64,000 nt of DNA from Balanoglossus misakiensis (taxonomy: Eukaryota > Animalia > Hemichordata). The position numbers and the translations under genes were made by a program. The notes beneath the pieces were generated by a model, which made no database searches, was not told the DNA's origin, and worked only from the letters and a program-made list of their open reading frames with translations. The stretch spans positions 20,310,303-20,374,302 of the forward strand of contig CM082577.2 in assembly GCA_040954595.2 (NCBI GenBank). Reading direction: 5' to 3'. Shown piece after piece: positions 12,801-24,689 of this stretch; position 1 is the stretch's first letter, and each line of letters starts with the position of its first letter.

Positions 12801-13938
12801 GGTGAGGAATCTCGTCTGGAGGTGACTGTGCAGCGTGACGGGAAGCGTATGCGACGATCCGTTGTATTGATGGCACAGGAGCCGAAGGGGATGACGAAGC
12901 AGTCGAAACCCACCACGACTGCAGCGACAGTTCCTGTAGGGGTAGCTGCCCTGTTCCGGGATGTGGGCGGACATCAAAGCGTCTGAAGCGGCACTGCTTC
13001 TTCTACCATATCGACTCCCGTCTACAGGAAAAACCCCTTATCATGCAGACAGCTGATGTAACTCATGCCCTACTGAAGCTGGCGGGCTGGGTTTTGGGCC
13101 CAAGACGAATTGTTACCCAGCTGCTGGAGTACTTCCTGCAACATCACTTGGAAGAACTCCCAGCATCCTCTGCGCTCACCGAAGCCAACTGTCTGATGAT
13201 GAAGCGACTGTGCCAGACCAGCGGATGGGACGTACCACGACGATTCTCGCTGCACCCACCGAATTAACCGGCTGTCCTTCTGCATTGGAGGATTCTCGTT
13301 ATCCTCCTTTCGCACCTGACTGAGGAGCAGCGGGAAGCCTTCTAACTCGTGGTACCCCCAAGGGAGCATGGTGAGTCCCGGTCTCCTACCCCTGAGGCGG
13401 AGACCATCTCTCGCTCACTATGCCATCAGATGCCGGAACTAGAAGGCCCCGAGGCAGAGCACGGCGAGCCTCATCAGTCACCTACCCCTAGAGGAGGAGA
13501 GTGTCTCCTGCTCACCGTAGACCAGGAAATGGTATCAGAAAATGAAGGTGAGTTTCAATCTCCAACTCCTGCGAGGGAGATCACACATTCACCATTAGCC
13601 TCAGTAAATAGTCAAATCCATGTGGAGGACGCACACAAAGACTTGGCAATGGGTATGGGAGAAATGGAGCAACCTGTTGAATCCGTGATGCAGGATTCCA
13701 CATCCCAGGGAATCTCATGGGATGATCAAGTAGAGGAAGAAATTCCAATTGAATCTACTGTGGGGATTTTACAGGCAGAGCAACCGGTTGATTACATGAT
13801 ACAGAACTCTGTTCAGATCCCACCATCAGAAATTGAGCTCCCAGTTACGTGACTGAATCCCAAGCTGACCAACCTATTGAGCAAGAGTTACAGGGGACAG
13901 AACAGGAATGTCAACAATCAGGCAGTCTATTGGAAGCC

Positions 13939-14745
13939 ATGGATTCCCACTTTCATCTTGACCGAACACTGGCTCGATTTCGCGGTAGGGACTGCCCTAC
14001 AACATCATTAGCCTTGGTTAACTGGCATAACGGCCCAAGGGCGAATTTTCCTGTCAACATCATTGGGGGCGTCGAGGTCTTTTGCGATCCAGAGTACTAC
14101 CCCATGGATTTGAACCGGCCCAAAAGTTGGAGTATCGCCATCGGGATCCATCCAAAGAAAGCTCCAAGAGCCGACGAAATGACCTTTAAAGCCCTCAAGC
14201 GGCTTGTCACGAGCACACAGGTAGCCGCCCTTGGGGAGGTGGGTCTCGACCGCACAGAGCCAAGTAAATACTGGAGCGCCCAAGACAGAGTTCTTTCTTG
14301 AGCACTTGCCATGTGTGTGCCTGAGAAACCATTAGTCCTGCACATTAGAGGGTCATATGGGGACCAGTATGGGTCAGATGTGCATTGCCAAGCGTTGCAA
14401 TTAGTACAGGAATGGTGTTCGCCACGGCAGAAAATACATATCCACAATTTTACTGGTACGGTCAACACTGTTCAAAGGTGGTCGAAGGCCTTCAAGAATT
14501 GTTACTTTGGTTCTCCATCACGACCACCAAAATTTTATCGTTGCCAGGTTCGAGCTTTGAAAGAGGTGCCCATCGAGCGTCTGTTAATCTAAACAGATTC
14601 GCCGTATCTTGGGGGCCCTCGTCATGTAACCAGTACTCCAGCTCTTATAGGGGATGTGGGCGTGGCTGTTGCTAACTCAAGGGGGACTGATCTAGTGCAC
14701 CTTCTTGAAGTAACTGTCCGTAACACCAGACGTCTATATCACTAG
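13939..14745 (+). pseudogene. TatD-family DNase domain inside the LTR element (two internal stops)
   Basis: DSHFHLD, AIGIHP, ALGEVGLD, PLVLHIR, IHIHNFTG, RLLI*TDSPY and N.RRLY in one frame; stops at 14299 and 14590. Confidence 0.88.
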
Positions 14746-14867
14746 GGATCAATCTCGCCAAGACCATGAGGTTGGCAGATTGCAGGGGTGGGAAAAATAC
14801 ATTAACTTCTCTAGCCTTTTAAGATCCCTAGGTTGACCACCCTGCCAAAAAAGAAAAGTGGGAAGAG

Positions 14868-15129
14868 TGTAGTAATTTGTGGGCTTCTGGCCGTTGGTGG
14901 CGTCCTGCTGTACAGGTGGCCATGGGACGTTTCTGACGTAATTGCACTACGGAATGCCCTGCACCTGTGCTACAGGTTTTACCCACGTTTTTTCGACGAC
15001 CAGAATCAGAACAACCCGGACCAGCAGCAGAGCAACACGTACGGACTGACGACTAATACTAGCCGAAAACTCTGTGGCCCGGAATACACACCGTAGTACC
15101 TACCAGGTTAGTAATCGGTATTTACTACA
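14868..15129 (+). repeat. 3' LTR (262 bp) preceded by polypurine tract
   Basis: AAAAAAGAAAAGTGGGAAGAG then TGTAGTAA...TTACTACA (8-bp terminal inverted repeat, TG..CA). Confidence 0.85.
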
Positions 15130-15804
15130 CATACCAATCAGCACAAAGTTTGCAATCACTGCCTCGACTCATCACATTTAATATACAACTGTCCAAATTA
15201 TCAGTGCAAACGGTGTAAGCAAATGGGTCATCTGGAAAGAGCCTGCCAAAATCTCACATGTTACAGATGCAACGCCATAGGCCATAAAGCCATTGATTGC
15301 AACGCAGATATTTATGGAGACGGTGAGGTCGACGCAATCATCGAGAAATATGCGGAAGAAATACAAGAAGAGGAAGAAGAAGAGGAAAGACAAGACAACG
15401 AACAGGGACAGGTAAACAACGAGAACTTGAATAACACTGACAAAGATGAACAGCGCACAGAAGAACAGAAAGAGGAAAATGTTAACTCCAAACCAGATGG
15501 AACTGAACATAACAACCAAGAACTGGTGAATGAAAAGGAGTCGGAAACAACAAATTATGAACAGGAGAAACAACGGGACATGGAAACACAACGGGAAACA
15601 ACTGAGGAAAATATGGAAGTTGAGACTTCAGGCATTTTGAACTGCCAGACAAAACGCCATGCTGATGACAACACCACTGAGAAAAGAAAGAAAAGAGAAC
15701 GAAGAAAGAAACAGATCTTCACACCAAAATTAATAACAAGGACAAAACATCATAACAGTGACAATGAAAACCAGGTCAGTGTAGAAGAACTATCACAAGA
15801 ATAA
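15130..15804 (+). CDS. Tx1 LINE ORF1 C-terminal part (three CCHC zinc knuckles, acidic tail, basic NLS-like run)
   Basis: CNHCLDSSHLIYNC, CKRCKQMGHLERAC, CYRCNAIGHKAIDC; begins immediately after the LTR. Confidence 0.85.
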   Translation, partial: HTNQHKVCNHCLDSSHLIYNCPNYQCKRCKQMGHLERACQNLTCYRCNAIGHKAIDCNADIYGDGEVDAIIEKYAEEIQEEEEEEERQDNEQGQVNNENLNNTDKDEQRTEEQKEENVNSKPDGTEHNNQELVNEKESETTNYEQEKQRDMETQRETTEENMEVETSGILNCQTKRHADDNTTEKRKKRERRKKQIFTPKLITRTKHHNSDNENQVSVEELSQE

Positions 15805-15806
15805 TA

Positions 15807-17649
15807 ATGGAGTTCTATAATTACCTTTCCTTTTTTACATTAGGTATGTTGATTTTGTCCTCTTTAAATGTAAATGGTTTGAGTAATGAACGCAATTTTG
15901 AACTTACAGTTGAATTTTGTAAAGATAACAAAAGTGACATCATTTCACTTCAAGAAACCTTTTGGGATGACAATATTGCCCATTATTTTAGTTCTAAAAT
16001 TACACCTGGTTTCTCTGTTTATTGTAACAATTGCAGTGATCCGGTAAAAAGAAGAGGGGTTGCTTTTCTGGTTAGAAATCGGCCTGACATTACAGTGATA
16101 GACCATCAGAGCGATGATGAGGGCAGAATTATCACCCTTAATGTGGAAATTGCGGGTCAGAATATTAATATTATTAATATTTATGCACCATCTAAACCTT
16201 ATCTTCGAGCTCGTTTCTGGCACAAAATTCCCAATTTCATGATCCAAAATTCTTGCAACATTGTCATAGGTGACTTTAACACCAAAATCAATCCACGTTT
16301 AGACCAGTCTGCCACTGTCATTGATCCTGTGGATCCATCACGTAAACACCTGGTTGACCTCATTAGCCGATATTCACTAATTGACATCTGGCGCAATCAA
16401 CATCCGCATAGCAGGGTATGCACCTGGCAGCGTCAAACTAACGGTGTCCTTCAACAAAGCCGTATTGATCTGTGTCTCGCAAACGAGGACATTGTCCACT
16501 ATTGTCAACGTTCTAACATTATCCACTTTCCCCTCAGTGATCATGACCTCATCCAAATTCATTTCGATTTTTCTAATACACCCCGTGGCCCAGGCATTTG
16601 GTCGTTTAATAAAGACCACCTAAAAGATGAAGTGTTTGTCAATAATATTTCGGCCGTTATTACAAATTCTAAATCTGATCCCAACTACGTTCAAAATAAA
16701 ATACTTTGGTGGGAGTCTCTGAAAAATAAAATTCGTAATTATTCACAAAAGTACTCCAAACAACAAACAAAATTAAGACGTCATCTTCGTAAGACTCTTC
16801 AAAGAAAACTCAAATGGGAATTAGCTAAGGCATGTAAATATCAGGATTATGATCTCACTAATGCTACTATTATCCAAGATGAACTTGACAAAATTATTAT
16901 GTATGAAACTAGGGGGGCCATCATCCGTTCCAAAGTTCAATGGGTTGAAGAGGGTGAAAAATCCACCAAGTATTTCTTTAATCTGGAAAAATCTAAACAA
17001 AACAAAAAAGCCATTCATACTCTTATGAATGACAATAATGAAATTCTTACTGACATCAATGATATTCTTCAAGAAGCTCACACCTTTTACACCAAATTGT
17101 ATTCTGATGAACCTTGTGATCTCCAGCAACAAAATAAGTTTCTCAACTATCCACTTAACACCATTTCTGAAGATGACCGGACAGCAATCGATTCTAATTT
17201 TTCAATTCAAGAAATTCAACATGCCCTTTTCACTTGTATCAATAACAAAAGCCCTGGTTCAGATGGCATACCGTATGAATTCTATAAACATTTCTGGGAT
17301 GTCCTAAAAGATGATATGTTAGATATTTTTAATTGTATTTTTGGAAATAACTATCTCCCCGAGTCAATGAAAACTGGCCTCATTACACTCATTCCAAAAG
17401 CTGACTGTGACCCCCGGTTTATTAAAAACTGGCGTCCTATCACCCTCCTCAACTGTGATTACAAAATCCTTACTAAAACACTTGCCCTTAGACTTAGTAA
17501 AATCATGCCCTCTATAGTCAGCCCGGACCAAACCTGCAGTGTACCTGGACGAGACATCGTGGACAATATCTTCTGTTTACGAGATCTGATCCAGTATACC
17601 AATTCTACTAATCAGTCAGGTACTATTATCAAATTTGACCAAATGAAGG
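15807..17649 (+). CDS. Tx1 LINE ORF2, APE endonuclease plus N-terminal RT, interrupted by an LTR element
   Basis: SLNVNGL, SLQET, NIYAP, GDFN, SRIDL, SDH (APE); KSPGSDG, NWRPITLLNCDYKIL, DQT (RT). Frame is intact up to the insertion. Confidence 0.95.
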
Positions 17650-18821
17650 TATCACGGCGTGAGGAAAATTTGCTTGCCACCAATAGACACTTTGAATCTT
17701 CAAAATACTTTATTGTCAGAAAAGAAAGTTCTGATATCTTTTGTCAGTAATTCATGAAGTGACAAAATACCACCTGTGAAATATCTGCAATGACAATTAC
17801 GTTCGATAATTTTTATGACAGGGAAGAAACAGTGATGTTTGTACATTCATTCAAAGCTGCGTGTCACGAGAAGTCCCGACTCACAGAGAATTCCCGAACA
17901 ACCGGTTCCAAGGGAACGGTATTGATCAACGACGGCGGCTAACATCAAAAACTTGTCATCATATCCCCTCTGATTCGCACTACCAACTTTCACTATCGCA
18001 TTGACATGTCCAAAACTTACTTGGGCATCGTATCCACCTTCCTTTCAGCAATTGCTTGGGTAAAAGACGGGACCGCATACACGCGGACGTCCAAATTTTA
18101 TTCGGGGGAAAAAACAAATCACCTGGACGCCTGCGCACTGACCGCACACGCCGGTTAAAAAAACGCAATGCGACAAAAGAAACTATGAATATGCATTGAA
18201 TTCAACCAGTATCTCTAAGAGTAGTTACAGCAATATAACCAATTTTCCCTTTTAAAGTAGGGTTTTTCGCCTCTAATGGCTGACAACATGCAGTATGAAC
18301 TAGTGGTATCGTTTTCCCATCAGCCAATAGAAGTTCGCCATCTTTTATGCATGACTCCACATCAGCTTTTGTTGCAGACTTTAGCCCTACAAGACAAGCG
18401 GCGCCCATCTCTGCCTTTACGGAATCAATTCCATCAGTGTTAGTCACTACAGCTCCTACTTTTTTGGAGTGGGTTTCTCACCCGACTTAGTCTGAAACCT
18501 ACACGTTTGGGCTTTGTGTCCCAAACGACCACAGTTATGGCATTTAACCCCAGACACATTTTTATGGCCAAATTTACTTGCACAATCTTTTAATCTTTGG
18601 ACAAATGGCCATACCCCTTGCATCGATAACACTGAATACCGGAGGTTTCATGGCCGCTTCAACTACTACTGGCAGGACGGCGTTCTCTTTTGGTCGCAGG
18701 TTTTTGTTCAAACGTCTGTCGTGAGCCTGCAGGTAACGATCAGCAATACATGCAACTTCTTCTAAAGTGTTAGGGTTTCTTTCATGCAAATGTACGGCCA
18801 AGTCCTTTGGGCATGTTTCAA

Positions 18822-19432
18822 TATACACATGATGACTGACAATGAGGGCAACAGTGTATTTTATAACACACCATGCAGCGAACCCTCAATCGTGATTCGT
18901 CAATACGGCGTCACGTGACCATCGTCATTTCGAACTGTTGCCTAGGGCATCAGTTCGATCGGTTTGGTGTGTTATAAAACACATGATGACTGACATATTC
19001 GGGCAACAGTGTATTTTTAATGACCTCGGGACTGCCAGTCACACCAAAACAGTCGTTTTCCCTCGGGCTATGCCCTCGGGAAAACAAGACTGTTTTAGTT
19101 GTGACTAGCAGCACCCTCGGTCATCAAAATACACTGTTGCCCTCATTGTCAGTCATCATGTGTATATTGATGACCGAGGGTGCTGCTAGTCAAAACTAAA
19201 ACAGTCTTGTTTTCCCGAGGGCATAGCCCGAGGGAAACAGACTGTTTTGGTGTGACTGGCAGTCCCGAGGTCAATAATATACACTGTTGCCCGAATATGT
19301 CAGTCATCATGTGTTTTATAACACACCAAACCGATCGAACTGATGCCCTAGGCAACAGTTCGAAATGACTAAAGTCACGTGACGTCGTATTGACGAATCA
19401 CGATCGAGGGTTCGCTGCATGGTGTGTTATAA
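18822..19432. mobile_element. Two ~310-bp palindrome-bearing elements, one nested in the other in opposite orientation
   Basis: 18858-19168 is the reverse complement of 18823-18857 plus 19168-19430. Removing the block restores gag KQQFI-ETCPK. Confidence 0.8.
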
Positions 19433-19632
19433 TAAACTGCTGTTTGACTATAAGTTCACATACATTATCAAAATCCTTCACAGTACCAGATAACTCGATC
19501 CACTTATGGAAATAATTCATCAAACGGACCAAACATTGATCACAACTTTCCCCATGTTCGAGTCTGAAATTCATAAACTTGGCTCTATAGCCATCCTCTG
19601 TTAATTCGTATCTCTTCAACAGAGAATCCTTA

Positions 19633-21649
19633 GGGACTGTTCAGAATTCACTTCCGGGGGGATTTTCAGGGGGGGGGGGCACCCATTTCCCCCCAAGAAA
19701 AATTAAAAGGGGGGGGGGGCAGACATAAAACTCACAATCCTTTAGGGGGGAGCCATGTAAAACTCCCTCATAAACTCAAAATTTGCCCAGAAGTACTGAT
19801 TTATAAGAAACAAACCAGCATGGCTACCGGGATGACAGATGAACTCCACAAGTGTATTAAATCTTCATAAGCTGGAATTTCGGGTAATTTTTACGGTGGT
19901 TTATTTTGTATATCTACTACAGTTTCTTGTTCTACTCTGTGAAGCATAATAAAATGCCCAGTATTTGGCCTGCCAGCACAGACCATAAATGTACAGTGAA
20001 CAGTCAGTGTTGTTACTGTTGATAACTGAGCTCAATTCAAGTCCAGGCTAGAATTCATTAATTTTCTCATCAATAACATTCACACATGGATGTCGCTGAA
20101 ACAACATGGGGTGTTCTATGATGGGATAGCATAAGAAACCGTTGTTGGTTCATAGAAAATAAAATAATGAAAAAATGTCAAAACATTTAGCAATTAAACA
20201 TCCCTTTACTTAAAAAATGACTAGCAACTCTGCCACTGCGCAAAGTAACATGTCCGCATGAATTTGGAGAGATTTTTTCAGTGCCAGTATCAGTGTCACT
20301 TTCACTCTCACTTTCGCTAGGATTGTCACTCTTAAGAACCCCAATGACAGACATTTCCAATTTCACTGTCATCAGAATCACTGCTGTCTGACTCATCTGA
20401 CTGATTACGTGTCATTATCTCCTTCCCTGTCATTTGTCTCAAATTAAAATTAGGTTGTATTTGGACATGGGTGGCAATTATTTTCACTTTTTCTCCTTTC
20501 AGTTTTTTCTGTTTGGTAATTTATGTTTATTGAGATATTTGTCCAACATTTGTCAAAATACTGAAAGAACTGCATGGTCTCTTTGATGAAAGTGGATGGG
20601 GTATTGTTGTTGACTGGTGGAGTTATTGGGACATCGATTATGACAGTGACTAATTAAGTTTAGTGAATGGAATTACCCTCAATTCTCATTGATTTAACAA
20701 ATCTAACAGAAATATAACAATCACTTTATATGTGATTTCATGTTATGAATAAGGTGTTCTTTTTCAAGAAAAGGTCTGAAATACTCCTCAGGATTGTTGC
20801 TTTCAGTGGCGCAGTCACTTTGCTTTGTGCCAGGCAAAATTGTTTAAAAAGTTAAAAAAAAACATAAAATTGTGCATTACTATATTATTTTTTAAAGACA
20901 TTGAAAGACAAAAAACATTTTATTTATGTTTTTGCCAAAACTTGCAAAATATTTTGAAAATATTGTTAAGGACACAATCTCATGTTTGATTTGAATTTTC
21001 CAGAAAATACTTGATTGTTGATTGTTAAAAAGAGAAAGTAAAATGTGAAATTGTTAAACAATTGAGTACTGTCAATTTCCTGAAAATGTCACAGATGATC
21101 CATTGAAAAATGCTATATTGCAAAATATGAAACAAATACTATGACTCTGCTTGATATTTAGATATAACGATAATTTTTTCCTTTGAAAAACCTCTGATGC
21201 AAAAGTGCTGACGTTTTTTGACATGGCTTATTTACAACTAAAGTGTTTGATGTAGTGGACATAGTGACAGGAATTTTTGTCATAATTAACTTATTTTCAG
21301 AAAATTACAATCTCAGTTGCCCATTGCTAGGCTTCCCAAAAGTGTGCCACTTGCAGTCCCTGCAAAAACATGGCTTTTATGACCACTTAACTGTCCCCTG
21401 TAACATTGGTTATATCAGTGAGTAATTGCAAAGGGTGATGAACTTGTCAGAATGTACTACATGTTGTAGTATGTGCCGTATTGTGTAAGCATGCGTGTAT
21501 ATATGGGGGGGGGGGGGCATGGAAAAAAAACAGGAAATTTAAGGGGGCCACAGATTTCTTCCACAATTTACTAGGGGGCATGGAAAAAAATCACCAGGAA
21601 AATAAGAAATCCTCCGGCCCCACCCTGGAAGTAAATTCTGAACAGTCCC
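19633..21649. mobile_element. Non-autonomous PIF/Harbinger element
   Basis: TTA|GGGACTGTTCAGAATTCACTTCC ... GGAAGTAAATTCTGAACAGTCCC|TTA; splits gag DVK-DSLLKRY. Confidence 0.85.
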
Positions 21650-21724
21650 TTAACATCGCCATAATTCTGCGTTGCCGTATCAGACAGACAAGAATAAACA
21701 TCTAAAGCTTTACCCGTTAACAAG

Positions 21725-22064
21725 TGTTGGGAAACGTGTGATGTTCAAGGCAGGCTTCGCCTACCAACTCCTGGGAACCATACACTGTCTGTTTATTGGG
21801 AATGGATATTGTTTATCTGCCATATTGTTGTTTCTTCTCTGTAAAGTCACAGCTTCACAATAAGCCGAAGTCTAATGTCAAGTGTGAATCTCCATGTATC
21901 AGGTGTGAACAAATGTCAAGGTTCATCAACATGTATATAAACCGTAGAGTTTTGAGAATAAAACAGACTTGAATTTGGTAACAGCAACTCGCGCATCGAG
22001 TCTCATTTCCCGGCCATTCGTCCCTCTCCACTCCCTGAACCCTTCTCAAAGTGTACGCCGTACA
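21725..22064. mobile_element. Solo LTR (340 bp)
   Basis: TGTTGG...GTACA with 5-bp TSD ACAAG on both sides; removal restores gag VGIL-LTGKA; AATAAA at ~21957. Confidence 0.75.
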
Positions 22065-22912
22065 ACAAGATTCCCACTTTGGCTTATCCCGTTAATTTTA
22101 TTACTACTTGCAAAGCGTTCAAAACGGAGCAAATAGCTCATCCTTCCCATCAACAAAAGCGGGTAACTTGGGAGATTTCGCCAAATCAGAACCAGCATCA
22201 AAATGACGCCCCCCCTTTCAACACTACCGACTTCAAGGCGTTTCATTTCTAATTCATGTTTCCTTTGCGTCTCTCTTTCAGCTAAATCTGCCGCCATCTT
22301 CTTCTCTTCGAACTCTCAATTTCAGCCTTTTTCAATTCACCTTCTCTCTTCTCTCTATATATATTCTGCTGCTCTTTTACACAATTTAACAAGGCTTCAC
22401 CCGTTAAACCGAGCCCAGATCCAATCTCAATAAACTTTTCCATATCTTATAAAATGTCAACTGCGTACTAGTACAAAGCACTGATATACATTATATAATT
22501 GCAACCTATAAAACAGTGAAAAGCTTTCGAGTAGACCAACGTAAACTATCCAATTTCATTAAACAAATTTGGACTCAAGGAAGCGGACCCGCCAGTTGAT
22601 ATCCAGATAGTTTCACACAATGCTATTGTGCGTCTACTACCCTGCAAGAAGTGCAGTGTCCAAGAAATATCAACCGGGATCAGTCACGACAATATACGCC
22701 TTACAATTTTAGGCAATTACAACAAAACGAAATACGTACTGAGTAGAAAGCTTTATGTCACTGATTTACGTACATGTATTAGAATTTTACGGAAAATAAA
22801 AAAAAAAATGTGCTCAGCTTCAAAAATACTATATCGTCTGTGGATGTCGCAAATTCAGAAATTTACCAAGGCAACAAATATCCTCGCCGATTTATTAGAC
22901 TGAAATTGGCAC

Positions 22913-22930
22913 CTCCCGGACGAGCCTCCA
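22913..22930 (-). promoter_or_regulatory. Primer-binding site, tRNA-Pro type
   Basis: TGGAGGCTCGTCCGGGAG 2 nt inside the 5' LTR; 16/18 identical to the MLV tRNA-Pro PBS TGGGGGCTCGTCCGGGAT. Confidence 0.8.
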
Positions 22931-23490
22931 GATGTCACGGCGTGAGGAAAATTTGCTTGCCACCAATAGACACTTTGAATCTTCAAAATACTTTGTCAGA
23001 AAAGAAAGTTCTGATATCTTTTGTCAGTAATTCATGAAGTGACAAAATACCACCTGTGAAATATCTGCAATGACAATTACGTTCGATAATTTTTATGACA
23101 GGGAAGAAGCAGTGATGTTTGTACATTCATTCAAAGCTGCGTGTCACGAGAAGTCCCGACTCAACAGAGAATTCCCGAACAACCGGTTCCAAGGGAACGG
23201 TATTGATCAACGACGGCGGCTAACATCAAAAACTTGTCATCATATCCCCTCTGATTCGCACTACCAACTTTCACTATCGCATTGACATTTTCAAAACTTA
23301 CTTGGGCATCGTATCCACCTTCCTTTCAGCAATTGCTTGGGTAAAAGACGGGACCGCATACACACGGACTTCCAAATTTTATTCGGGGGAAAAAACAAAT
23401 CACCTGGACGCCTGCGCACTGACCGCACACGCCGGTTAAAAAAACGCAATGCGACAAAAGAAACTATGAATATGCATTGAATTCATGACA

Positions 23491-23765
23491 GAAGGCGTTT
23501 GATCGGGTTGATCATAAATACTTAATTAGAACACCTCACACATTTCAGTTGGGGGGAGAACTTTATCAACGGGATTTCTTTAATTTATGACAATGTTCAC
23601 AGTAATATCAAAGTTAATGGTTTTCTTTCTGATACTGTCCAAATTAAACGCAGCGTCAGGCAAGGGTGCCCTCTGTCGGCCATGTTATATGTTTTATCTG
23701 CAGGACTCCTTCATTCAGCCATTCAACACTCCATCAATATTCAAGGTATTTCTACGGCGCGCCAA
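23491..23765 (+). pseudogene. Continuation of Tx1 ORF2 RT (frameshifted)
   Basis: KAFDRVDHKYL ... IKVNGFLS...RSVRQGCPLSAMLY. Confidence 0.85.
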
Positions 23766-23894
23766 GTGATTCAAAATTATTTATGATTATTTTATAGAAA
23801 ATTGATGTCTTTTAACAAAAAATACGTAAAGAACACAAAAAACTGATTGGTGGTTCAAAAAACAACGAGTGTAAAAAGTAATCCGTCGTGGAGT

Positions 23895-23925
<31 letters not shown>

Positions 23926-24689
23926 ACACACACAGAAGAAAATCTCACCTAATGCCACCAAGCTCACCAAAAAAATACGCCCACAAGGCAGTTGCACAAA
24001 CAATCACGCAGTTGTCACAAAATAAACGAGGCGCACATTTTTCACGAAAATCGCACACTTCACCCCCACAAAAAATAGACACAAAGTATTAAAAAGAACA
24101 CTCTTTGTACTAAAAAAAGAGAGACTACAACTTGAAAAAATGCACACCCCCAGAACAAACAACACGGGCAACATGTTAGCCATAAAAACGGAGATATTTG
24201 TCACCGAAACACGTGTCACCCCAAAACTAACGGGCAACATAAAAAAACGCAGATGCACTGAGGTTGCAAAAAATAAGCACATTTTTAATCCCCCCCCCCC
24301 CCCCAAAAAAAAAAAAAACACCCAGGCATTTTGAAAAGAAATAACGCAGAGCAATTTGCAAAAAAAGGAATCATTTATCACCAAAAACACAGGCAATTTG
24401 AAAAAAACACGATATAAAATTTGGAAAAAAATATATAGGCACATTTGTCACCAAAAATATTCAGGCAAATCCAAATTGTAAAAAACGCGTGGTATAAATT
24501 CACCGCAAATCGTTTGTTTACATTCGGCAGGTCAAAGGTCAAATACCCCAAAGGAGTCGCTCAGTCATACCATGGACCACAGACTGTGCATGGACGTACT
24601 TAGTATCTCCATGGTCACACTTAGTTGATCGTCTCCGCGTCATCCGCGTTGAAAGTCTATGTACTGACATACATTCTGTAATTGGATAA

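Larger units (their letters stand above)
9871..15129 (+). mobile_element. Degenerate Gypsy/Ty3-like LTR retrotransposon (HhH-gag, integrase-GPY/F-PHD, extra ORF ending in TatD); RT/RNaseH and 5' LTR missing
   Basis: gag LIYDGSGNWQAY..KF...LCWCLEGKA (10700-10980); integrase GPL.PKTSRGNEYILV..FTKWVE (11050-11150); KLCPPWKGP (11710); PHD YCLCRKP...MIQCD*YCYEWFHGAC (11900-12050); 3' LTR present. Confidence 0.85.
17650..23490 (-). mobile_element. Gypsy (SCAN-gag/Gmr1-like) LTR retrotransposon, pol deleted after the protease DTG
   Basis: Near-identical LTRs at 17650-18204 and 22933-23490; 5-bp TSD GAAGG (17645-49, 23491-95) whose removal restores Tx1 FDQMK-AFDRV; gag YL.RFERFA, LLTGKALDVY, LLKRYELTEDGYR, CHNCGRLGHKAQTC; protease LRDTG. 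Confidence 0.92.

Noticed and set aside
14299-14301. TGA in TatD as possible selenocysteine
   Set aside because: Not at a catalytic or Cys position, no SECIS seen, and the same frame has a TAA at 14590; this is ordinary decay.
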